64,000 nt of DNA, from assembly GCF_009914755.1 (NCBI RefSeq), contig NC_060927.1; one strand, written 5' to 3'. The notes under the pieces were generated by a model. It did not search any database. It saw only the letters and a program-made list of their open reading frames with translations, and was not told where the DNA came from. This document shows, in pieces, positions 52,816-64,000 of the stretch. The position numbers and the translations under genes are program-made. This stretch comes from the human T2T-CHM13v2.0 reference genome, Homo sapiens. Positions within the stretch are counted from its first letter, which is position 1; every line of letters starts with the position of its first letter.

Positions 52816-54602
52816 AACTGTATTATGATTTTCTTCTAAATAATAGATATTTTTGTCAAAGCACATTAAGACTGTGGCTATACAAAGCAGATTAGCAAAT
52901 GAATTGTTCTCTTTGCATAATAGCATTATCGAACTTTTTATGAATAATTAATTATGATCTTGATTTCAATTGTCCATGGAACATAAATTTTGTATTTCCA
53001 AAAGGGAGCATTTAGCCTCTATTTTGAAAACCAACATTGTCAGGCCATTCCATGAGTATGTTAACTTCATTTCAGGACACATCTTCTTCATGAAACTCTT
53101 CTAGACACTCATCAACTCCAGACTAAATGGTTTTTTGATCTATATCAGCCATGACAGCAGATGTGAATCTTGGTTTATAAACTCAAGCTTTTCATTTATA
53201 TTTATCATATTCTTTATATGTATTTAAAATAAAGGTTAGCATAAAATTCCATCTCAGGCATTACTAAAGTTTCCTCCCCAAGTACAAAGCTTCTTGAGCC
53301 TCATATAGCAAAAAACACTGGCAGCCATCCTACCCCCTTCAATGGGGACTCACCTTTCTACATTGTTATCAGTACAAGGTTCTTTATCCTTGCTGAACTC
53401 TTCTGATGATTCTGCTGCTTCTATGCTTAAGGCGTGAATTTTTGTTACAATGTTGGCAATCCCTATGTCTAGAGTTCTGCCTCCAAATGCACTATACCCC
53501 CAATGACACCACGTGCGGCTATCTGAGGACTTGCCATCTCACCTGAGACTGTCACCATGAATCTCTGCTACACGTGGGAAAAAGCTGACCCTCAGCTTCT
53601 TTATAGTTTACCAAAAGTCTCTCTTCCAGCTGTCTACAGTTGTATTTTTCTCTGTTTGTTGTTGTTGTTGTTGGTGGTGGTGGTGTTATTCCATCTCAGG
53701 CCTTTTCTGCCTAGTTACTTGCTTAAAGAAGAAAAAATATAGACCAAATGTAAACTAATAACTCAAGAAATAATTCTTCACCAATGCCATTAGGCCATTT
53801 ACCTCTAATGAACACTTGTTATTTCCCTGAGAAGAATGTACTGTATCATTTGATCTAATCATCTTCTACCTGATGTTTCTCACTGCTATCTATGTAACTA
53901 ATATGGGAAATATCTGTGCCAGGGTTTATGTGATAATAAATCAATCTTCAGTGGTCAGGCTGTGAGGGTTGTGGGGAGGAAAATGTCTTAGTGGTTCTCG
54001 TTACACAGCATCTAGCACTTATGACTGGTCTTCTCTAAAACTGTTAAACCAACAATATTTCCTTAATTTGATGAATAATTTCTGTGATGACAATCTGCTC
54101 TATTAAAGCAGGACAAGCACAAAATAAAATGTTGGTCACTAACCTTTTGTGTTTCTCATGTAGGACATAACATTTCACCAGCAATCTTTACTTGCATTCA
54201 TTTTGAATCATCTTTATTTTGTATGAAGCCCTATGCTTAATGTAACAAAAAATTTATCATTTATGAACTTAAAGTCAAAGCTCTCATCTTGAAGTAAAAG
54301 ATAAATATTAGTGGTAAGAATAAATCTATATCCGGGAGTTTACTCAAAATTATCTAAACAATAGAATGACTGTAAAATGTTTTTCCAAAAATAATCATAT
54401 GTTTTTTAAAATGCACTGGTATAAAAAATTGAAGAACAATTTGAGATAATGCACAACAACCCACTGGGTTTGCGAGTGACTAGGCTGTGATAACAACAGG
54501 AGTCTGAATCTAGTGATAACAACAGGGCATTTTTATCTTAATGAAGGATAGTAATGATGGCATGGTATTCTCACTGATGACACGAATTTTGACAGTTCTT
54601 GA

Positions 54603-55013
<411 letters not shown>

Positions 55014-56656
55014 TAACATGGAAAGAAAAAAAGGAGAAAGCATAGAGGAGATGACCTGGCTGAATCTGATCTGCTGTTTCAATCATTTAATCTTTTGGAG
55101 TTAAGCTGTTTAAATTTCATCATTAATCCAAGCAATTCATGTCATAGATATGCAAAATAATCAGCTAGTGTATAAACATCCATTGTACCTTATCTTGAGA
55201 AATATGTATTATACAGCGTACAATATATAACAGAAATGTATCCCAAATATACAGAGTTTATAAAATATTCTGGTTTGCAGATATATTTCTAAAATAAACG
55301 AGTATGAACAAGACACCGCTGAGGTGCCACTGATGGAATATTCACATTGTTATTTTCTACCTCGTTTCAATATTGTACATGCGCTGACTTCGCAATCCTT
55401 CTCATCTCACATCCATTAGGAAGACTTTCAGGGGAAGAGGGTGACAATAGAAACCAGATAATATTATTGGGTGTGAAAGTATCAGAAGGGACTGAAAAGA
55501 TTGATAGATTAGGTATGTTTCAAACAGAAGAGTGAATACAGACACTGTGTGGTGGAGAGTAGAATCAAGATTCGCTGTGAGGCCACCATTTACTTTCAGA
55601 AATTATCTGACTCTAAAGCTGAAAAGAACATCCAAGGTAATTTTGTCCATCCTTTTCTCAAGGTAATTTATTCAAAGCCCACAGTAACTCATGATAGAAT
55701 TAGGCCCACAACTATTATTATACAAATTCTAAGGTTCTGTTTGAATTACAGGAGGGCCTTAATAATATATACCACTGCAATGAAGTATCTTGTGCATAAT
55801 GGACACTTATGTGCATTAAATGTATGCATTAAATAATTAATTTTCTGGGAACTATTCATAAAATGAAAGAAGAAAATTGTCATCATTTACAGAAAATGGT
55901 AGCATTTTATAGACATAATTTCAGATTAGTGAACGCCAAATTAAAATTTCTCTTTTCACTCTCATCTCTCCCAATATTCATGGTTTCAGAACTTCATCTT
56001 TTCTATAAACTTACTTAAGTACTTACTTTTTTATTCTTGTCTCTTTTTTTTTTCCATTTACTCAATTAGGAAAACAAGAGATAATTCAGATTCTTAAGGT
56101 GAACATTGTTTCATTTTCCTTTGTTCGAAACCACTTATACTGACACCTCTCAGAGTCTGTTTCTCTTATTTAAGACTCCCCCGCGCTAGTTCTTTGTCTT
56201 TTATGAGGAAATTTCCTGAGATTTACTCTGTACTGTGAAACAAAGCCTAAGCAGCTGTGTGTGTGCTCCAGCAATACCAAACTGCCAGGGCTGTTGTTTC
56301 TCTTCTCATTGCCAGGCTCTTGTTTATTTGTTTGTTTGTATTAGAATGGTCCGACGGGAACTGACAGGAGTCTACCTGCAGGGCCTGAGTCCTCCATGTT
56401 CTCAACATGAGTTTAAGAAGCCAGGCTCTGCACATGGCAATGCCAGCAGCCTGCACAAGTCACCGCAGTTCCCATGGTACAGCTCTGCAAATTTTAAATA
56501 TTCCTGTCGGGTTGCATTTTACACAACACTACCACGATACATAGAACAGATTTGGACATTTCTGAGGTGAGGGAAATCAATGCGATGACGAGGAATTAGG
56601 AACAGTCTGGTTCACTAGCTGCCTGGAAGAACTACCCTTAGAGAGATCAGAAATCT

Positions 56657-56658
<2 letters not shown>

Positions 56659-56694
<36 letters not shown>
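56659..56694. repeat. (AC)18 microsatellite
   Basis: Direct reading. Confidence 0.97.
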
Positions 56695-56696
<2 letters not shown>

Positions 56697-57453
56697 CACA
56701 CCACACACTCAATTAATAAGCCAGTCAGTCAGTCGTCCATGAAGATCCTTGTAAAGAAAATAAGGCTTTTTTGTCAAAATAATAATCATGTTTTCTGAGG
56801 GCTGTCCTGCTAAAAATATAGCTTCTCCAGAGAAACAGCTATATGCTCTCCCTAAATAGTTCCATTTGGCTTGCACCACTGCTTGTCCTTATCTTCACTG
56901 AATAAGAACTGTCTAATATATTTCTAAACGAAACTAATTTTTGGACTCAGTCGCATCGCACATTTGACAATCCCTTCCAGATGTGATTCTATAGAACTAT
57001 CTCTCACACTTACAAAATGGGCAAAGGGAATTTGGAGATGTCACATAGCAAATCACTTTTTCTGGCCCTTCCAGGATTGAAGAGGAGGGTGGTCCATATG
57101 ACATTGAATATAGGTGAGTCACACGCTGGGCTTTGAAAAGAAAAGCATTCTCTTGAGCTGTGAATAGGAGCTCTGTATTCCTCTTTGAGGCTAACTGATA
57201 CCCTGTGATGAAAAACACTGTATAAACCCAATAAGCTTTTGTTCACAGCACCAGCAGGTGTTGTTAAAGCCTTCTGTCCCAGCTCTGACAATGTTCCAGA
57301 AACCTGACCTGCCACAATAGGAAGGCCCTGAACAGAATAGTTAATTGTGCCAGATTGTGCAATTCCGTTGCGATACCTAATAGACAAAAACAACAGATTT
57401 TTATGGTTTGATTTTTATATTGATAATCAGAGTAGATAAATGGATGTGTTTGG

Positions 57454-57480
57454 ACACACACACACACACACACACACACA
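57454..57480. repeat. (AC)13 microsatellite
   Basis: Direct reading. Confidence 0.96.
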
Positions 57481-58089
57481 TCTTCACATACACATATACA
57501 CTCTTACAGTCCCCACAATAATACCAGGCTCAGACTTCCATCTCAAAATGCAATGGCTCTTGAGAAGTTGTCATGCAATTGCAGTACAATTGATGAGAAT
57601 GTTATGAATTAGCTCTGATTGCAATATGTCCAACTTCTTCAAGATCCAGTACTACTCAATTTTAACCTTTATCAATACTTAGAGATATTTTTATACAATT
57701 CAATTAAGCATAATCAACAATGGTATATCCAACTGTTCTGCTCTCATTGTTACCATCTTGGAACAATGATGTCAAGCTGCTTATTAAGATGGTAAAACAT
57801 ACCTGTGGCAAAAAAAATAGGTTTTATTAAACAGGCACTGTATAGGGAAATGGAAAATTGGGATAATTACTTGGAAAAATGTAAGGCAAGTAAAGACTTA
57901 CAAAGCAAATATACAAATAAAATATACGAAAATGCAATTTAATTCATTGTTATCTTCTAAAAAATTCCTTTAGCTATCACCCAGCCTAAAATGTTTTTCT
58001 TGAGCTTCACTGTTTAAATATCTGTAGCAAAGAAAGTTTTGCAAAGTTTGAACCTCACTGACCACCTAGCTTACGGTTTTATAGACAAA

Positions 58090-58270
58090 AATATCTGGGT
58101 TCAAATAATTATTCTACTTTTTAATCATACGTGGATCCGGTAAGTTACTTATCTGGTATAAGCCTTAATTTATGCATCAGATTCTTATAAATTTGTTTGG
58201 AAATATATTTATAATCTCACTTAATTTAAGTGCTTAGCCCAGTGCCTGGAGCATAGTTAATGATACATTG
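58090..58270 (+). mobile_element. MIR
   Basis: 'atctgggttcaaat', 'ggtaagttacttatc', 'aagtgcttagcccagtgcctggagcatagt'. Confidence 0.6.
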
Positions 58271-58450
58271 TGACTATTAAATTATTTTCATAGAATTCTG
58301 CTCTACTGGGGGGTGTAGAGTAGGAAAAAGAACTCAAAAGATGTATCTTAATAAATTTTATCACTTTTAGTCATATGATTTTTCATTCTAAGATTAATAC
58401 AGTTTGAGTTTTTATCAAAAAGTAACAAAGAAAAAAACAAAGAAAATATA

Positions 58451-58514
58451 TAGCAATAAGTATGAGATGGATAGAAACAAAAAAAAGTAGCAATAAGTAT
58501 GAGATGGATAGAAA
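58451..58514. repeat. 27-bp direct duplication with 10-bp A-rich spacer
   Basis: tagcaataagtatgagatggatagaaa at 58451-58477 and 58488-58514. Confidence 0.95.
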
Positions 58515-58519
58515 GTAAG

Positions 58520-59130
58520 ATAGAAGATTTTCTCTTGCCTAAAAGTCTGAGTTGCTCCATGAAGTGAGAGTGGCTCTGCTTTATGAGTCACTCAGGAGTC
58601 CAGACTCCTTCAGTCTTATTGTGCCTAGAGTGTTGCCTTCATTCATACTATGAAAAGAATGATCTTCTAGGCCGGGCCTGATGGCTCACACCTGTAATCC
58701 CAGCACTTTGGGATGCCAAGGCAGTCAGATCACTTAAGTCAGGAGTTCAAGACCAGCCTGGCCAACATAGTGAAACCCCATCTCTATTAAAATTACAAAA
58801 ATTAGCTGGGCATTGTGGCGTGTGCCTATAGTTCCAGCTACTCGAGAGGCTGAGCAGAATCGCTTGAACCCAGAGGCAGAGATTGCGGTGAGCCAAGATC
58901 AGACCACTGCACTCCAGCCTGGGTGACACAGTGAGACTCCATCTAAAAAAGAAAAAAAATAAAGATCTTCTCCATGTCTGTGCTGTAGCCAGTAATCAGA
59001 TAGGAAGAGGAAATGGAAGCCAAGCACCTGGAAATTTTTCACTTTAGTTCTTACAATCCATTAGCCAGATTACATAAGCACATATGGCCATAAGAGCAGC
59101 TGAAAAGTATTGTCACTGCCATGTACCTCA
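58520..59130 (-). mobile_element. Old MaLR/ERVL LTR remnant (MLT1K/L- or LTR33-like), split by Alu
   Basis: 'ggctctgctttatgagtcactcaggagtccagactccttc', 'ccattagccaga...cacatatggcca'. Confidence 0.4.
58670..58960 (+). mobile_element. Alu (AluS-like)
   Basis: Full Alu; TSD aa(t/a)gatcttct at 58658-58668 and 58961-58971. Confidence 0.94.
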
Positions 59131-59212
59131 TCAAAGCTCAGCAAGTCAAATTGCTAAAACAAAGGAAAGGGTAGATAGGGAAAGACAATTGTGAATTTAT
59201 TTCAAAAATTTA

Positions 59213-59661
59213 TGCATCAGTTATCCATTGCTCCATAACAAACCATCCCACAACTTAGTAGCCTAGAACAATAGTCATTTGTTTAGCTCATGATTTTTTA
59301 AATTGGCAATTTAGACTGGGATCCACTGAATGGTTTTAGCTGGCTTTGGTGGGACTCACTCATGTGTCTGTGGTTAGCTGAAGTTTTGCAGAGAGGCAGG
59401 GCTGGCTGTCAGCTGGAGTGCTTTGACTCTCCTCTTGTCCTCCAGCAGGCTATTTTGGTCTGTTCGCCTGGTGGCTGTGCAGGGTCTTTCACTTGTACAA
59501 TGTCACTTCTGCTACATTCTGTGGGCCAAAGCAAGTCACAGGACCAGCAATGATTTAAAAGGTGGGCAATACATTATATCCCTTGATGGGAAGAGCCAAA
59601 GGTCACATTGGCAGAGAATGTAGAGGAGAAGAACTTGTCCCAATTTGTGTAATCTATCACA
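59213..59661 (-). mobile_element. MLT1H-like MaLR LTR
   Basis: 'tgcatcagttatccattgctccataacaaaccatcccacaacttagtagcc', 'gtcacttctgctacattctgtgggccaaagcaagtcaca', end 'aatctatcaca'. Confidence 0.8.
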
Positions 59662-60853
59662 GAAGATAATCAAATCGGGTTTGCTATTCATAAATTTACT
59701 GCAGTAGAAATATGAGAGAGCACTCTTATTGCAAAATGTGATATTAATTAGAGACATATCGAGTTACTCAAGAATGGATATGGATACAAATGTAAAGTCC
59801 CTAGGTCATATATAGTTATGAACATGTGCACGCACACTTGCATAATATTTAAATCTGATCTAGACCTTCTACAGTGTACACCTAAGCCATGTGTTAGGGG
59901 ATAGCCAATCTCTGTTTTGGTGGTTATGGACTCTCCAGTGATCTGGAGGAAAGGAAAGAAAACATCTATATCATCTAATGATAATAGAAGTCCAATAAAT
60001 ATTACAAAGTAGTGGCAAAAAAACTGGCCTGCATATCAGAATAGCTGAATTTTAATTCAAGCTAGGCCTCACAATTTAGATGATATTTACATTTGCTTTG
60101 AGCTCACTTTTCATTATGCATTTTGTAAAGGTTTTACTAAATTAAATATAATATTCCCTCTTGTTTTGACTAGTGTTTCTGAATCACTAAGACTAGTAAA
60201 AAAAGTGACTTGTCCTTTCAGGTGACTACAAAACTATTAATATATGAGTGAAAAAAGAAATACAAATAATCAGGGTACCTAGTGTGAAATATCAAGATAT
60301 ATGGAAATGTATATACCTATCTAAATTGTGTACATAGGAACTAAAGTCCTAAAATATACCATGTCTGTATGCCAACTACAGAGACACTTTTTCTTCAGAA
60401 GAGACCAATGTTATTATTTAAAGTAATAATAAATCATTGATTTATGTATGGTAAATATCCCACAAAAATTATAATTAGAATTCATATACATTTATGTAAT
60501 TTATTATATAAAAAGGTTTCAAGTGAATTTGTTTTTAATAAATACATAATAATTGAGTTCTAGATATGAGCCTCCTATATTTTCATAATTGCAGGATATA
60601 TACACCTAGATAAGAATTTATTCTTTTCCTCATACCATATGGCCTTAGAAATCCAACCCTAAGTCATTTTTCTTCTGCAAAACAGACACTAGAATGACAA
60701 CCAATTTTTGATTCAGCAGGAAGTATTATATAATCCACAAAGATGTGAGCAACACAACATATGGCTACCTAAAACATATATTCATACCTCCATAGTTAGC
60801 TACAGTTTAGGAAATGCCTCAAACTTTTAAAGAACCCTATAGATTGAACAGCC

Positions 60854-61039
60854 TAGTGGTTATCGAACAGTGGTGGCAGAACAATAACCAGCGGCGTAAG
60901 TATTGCCTAGGAACTCATCTGAAATGCTAATTATCCCACCATACCCAGACAAACTGAATCAGAAACCATTTGAAAGGATAAGGGTGTTTTAACAAGTCCT
61001 ACAGGTGATATTGATGCATACTAAGTTTTGAGAACACTA
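60854..61039. mobile_element. MER5A hAT-Charlie MITE
   Basis: 'cccagacaaactgaatcagaaac', 'gttttaacaagtcctacaggtgatattgatgcatactaagttttgagaacact'. Confidence 0.75.
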
Positions 61040-61444
61040 AACTAGTGAATACTATTCAGCAAATTACCTGGGAAGTATATTTGGAAACATCTGAATGGAA
61101 TCAGCTCATTATGCTGCCATCTAATTATTACTATCTTCTGTTTTAAATAGATCAACAAAAGTTACCTATGTTCTCTACAAGAACAATGTCTTTGTGTGCA
61201 TTATGGCTCTCTGAAAAAAGTAATGCAACTTTACCTGGAGAAATGTGGGCCATATGCTTAGTATATAAAAGAAACCAAATAAATACTTGTTGACCTAATT
61301 TATTATTATTTCAAACAAGACCCAAAGAAAATTATTTTTCAAAATGTTGTAAGAAGATAACTTCAATATTTCAATGAAAAAGGGATTCCAACCAGTTATA
61401 TTGTTTTAAAATCAGAAAGAACCATGTGGTTTGACAACTTCTTT

Positions 61445-61560
61445 TTACAAAGAAAAAAGTCGCAGCTCACAGGGGGTCAGGTGGTTTTTTTCAAGGTCAA
61501 TTCAATTTGTAGTGACGGAATTTGGACAGGAATTGAGGTTTCTAACTCACAGTCCAGCAT
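61445..61560 (-). mobile_element. MIR fragment
   Basis: 'gcagctcacagggggtcaggtgg...caaggtca...ggacaggaattgaggtttctaactcacagtcca'. Confidence 0.5.
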
Positions 61561-63270
61561 TCCCTTCTTTAAAATCCAGCTTTCCTGATGAAGTAGAGCT
61601 CCAGAGAAGTATTTCGTTGTTTAAAATAATAACACAAAAACCAAATGAAAAAATTAAGTCTTTATGTGAATAGAACAATGGCAGGAGGATGCAGTTAGTC
61701 CATACAATATGGAAGAAATAAAATTTTAGATTTTCCAAAGACTTTTTATTTATTTCTTTTTTTTTTTAACAGATCAACTTTTTCATTTTAAATCTTAAAT
61801 AAGACATGACACCCCGGAATGTGGAGGCTTTAACTAAAAGCTTATTTTTTATTTCTTAAAAATCCTCTAAGCATAAAGAAACCAAACTCCTTACCTAGAA
61901 AAACTCTTTTTATAACATCAAAAGGAGATAAATCCACAAAAGAGAAAAAAAAAACTGTCAAAGGGGATTGTCATAGCAACCAGATAAGAACAAACTTGGC
62001 ATAGAAAGCAACCTGATTATTTCTTCTTTTTAATCAAAATTACATATCATCAGGATCTGAAGCAAAACAATTGGGAAACCAGCAAAATAATTTCAAAGTA
62101 TATCACATGCACATTAGTGATTATTAACTCTCTCAGCACCTGAGGCAGATGCAATTATTAGTTAATACAGGAGTCATTTATTTTCATAAGATTTCCAGCC
62201 TCATTCCTTCCCTCTACTTCATATATTTAAAAATAACCAAAGTGTCTTTTTCAAAAACATTTAAATTTATCTTTTATGTTCCTATGAAAAGTCAGTTCAT
62301 ACTGACTCTCAAGATTTTAAAACTGGTTTATATAATATTCATAGTTTACAGTTAGTGCCTTATGGACAATTAATACTGACTTACATAGCTTTCAAAAATG
62401 TTCATGTGTACTTGGTTTTGTAAAAACAGTATGTTGTTTATGAATCTGAGTTTAGTCTCCTACTTGTAGTGACCTCTTTGTAACAAGACATAGAACAGAA
62501 ATCTGTGATAGACACTTATTTTCCCTTTTCTGCAGTGTCATATGTCTGGAGGAGTAGGCTGATGAAATGTAAGCTGCAGAGTACAATGACCCTCACAAAA
62601 TAGCCTCAGCAAGTTTCCATGAGGCCAAGACACGTCAACCATATTTCTTGGGTTGGTAGATCATTGCTGCCCTCTTCAACTATGGTAAATTGCGAAAGAT
62701 GTGGGTTATCCTAATGGCCCCGGGTAGATGCTTACAAATCTCTAAAATAAAATGCTACCGCTGCAAAAAAGAACACTAATTCTTCTAAGAAAAAATTAGA
62801 TGAGTTTCATTGCACAAAAATGTGTGTGAATGTGCAAAATAAATTGCCATGAAGACACACCTCTAACCTCTCCATTTATTCCCATATCCACAACAAGTTG
62901 TTCAAGAAAAATGAAAATTCTCAGTTTACCTCAATATCCAATTGAAAGCTGCTGCTACCAATGGGACATGGCTGTCAGAAGGCATGAACAGGGAATGCCA
63001 CAGCCAGAACAAAAGAGAATAAGCATTATCCTTTTCCTTAGTGGACACTCGACTGTGCCTTGGAATGAGCATGGAAAGTTTCTCCTCTGAAAATAAAGTA
63101 GCAGCTCCATAGTGCTGATCAATCAGATGGTTGCATTAGTGTATCTTACTTCTTGAGTTCTAACTGAATGTCTGAGAACCTGTGTTCCTACTAGAAAGAA
63201 GAGATAAGAAAGTAAACCTAAATGAACACTGATTGCATAAAAAATAAGAACACAGATATGCTAAAAATTA

Positions 63271-63335
63271 TGTCTTAGGTCAGATTTTATAGAAGCAGAG
63301 TCTGAGGTGAAATTCCTATGGAAATAATTTATTGC
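63271..63335 (-). mobile_element. LTR16-like (ERVL) terminal fragment
   Basis: 'tgtcttaggtcagattttatagaagcagagtctgagg...atttattg'. Confidence 0.5.
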
Positions 63336-63671
63336 AAAGACTTTATTATGCTTCATTCAACAGCTAATAGAACAAACAACAAAAATGATATCAAGGACAT
63401 GCATCTGAATTTTAAAATTAGTTATGATTAGTATGCATGACAAAATAAGACCAAAAGAATAAGAAAGGTCAATGAAGTTAAAATGCTCTAAGTTACATGC
63501 ATTGCATGCTGCATTGTAAAATTATTAACTTATTAAAATCGAATTATTTTTAAATACATTGAAAATACCTAAGATTATTAATTTATCTAACAGTTGAGAA
63601 TGAATATTGTAAACTCTTGGATAACTGGTAAGAGGAAAGTAAAAGATTGATTAATATGTAGCCTCAGAGAT

Positions 63672-64000
63672 TGTCTTAGGTTGGCATCTCTAGAAGTAGC
63701 GCCTGAGTTGGGAATTCTGTGGAAGTGACTGTTGAGGAAGTAATTGCAAGTAAACCTGTGAGGCATGAGGAAAGTGGGCAAGTACAAGGGAGAAACAAAA
63801 CAAAGGTGTAGTTTCAGGAGTACCTTAGCTTCAAGGTGATCCCACCTGGTATTCTTGAGCATATTGATGACAGAGTTATCCCAACTTTAAGTTAAGGGAC
63901 TAGGTTTTTGTATGCTGCCATTTCAGCCAGTGATTGGCTGCTGTTGACCTAGGGTTAGCTAATGTCCCGGGCATTTCGATCCACGTAGATCCCAACTTGC
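63672..64000 (-). mobile_element. LTR16-like (ERVL) LTR running off window end
   Basis: 'tgtcttaggttggcatctctagaagtagcgcctgagttgggaattc...cagccagtgattggctg'. Confidence 0.65.

Overview
This is primate (most likely human) genomic DNA: AT-rich, CpG-depleted and dense in interspersed repeats. I recognise no protein-coding gene. The ORF track holds only chance ORFs or Alu/L1/LTR-derived frames. The window is a layered record of mobile elements. SINEs are nine Alus (AluJ, AluS, AluY), a FLAM and MIRs. LINEs are several L1s, a HAL1, L2 and CR1/L3 remnants. The L1s include a long L1PB-type copy with 5'UTR, ORF1 and the endonuclease region but an internal deletion, and a 5'-inverted L1PA stub. Solo LTRs are MSTA, two THE1, MER50, MLT1C/F/H/I, LTR47-like and LTR16-like. 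DNA-transposon fossils are MER5A, MER33, MER53, MER94, MER102, MADE2 and a Charlie element with a still-readable transposase. The most distinctive non-TE feature is a full-span 7SK snRNA retropseudogene with target-site duplications (TSDs) at 34529-34822, inserted in HAL1. There are also several young tandem duplications and a few splice-competent segments that could belong to an unannotated spliced non-coding RNA; these are unproven. I found no convincing evidence of a new biological system. Repeat subfamily names come from my recall of consensus sequences and need RepeatMasker/Dfam confirmation.
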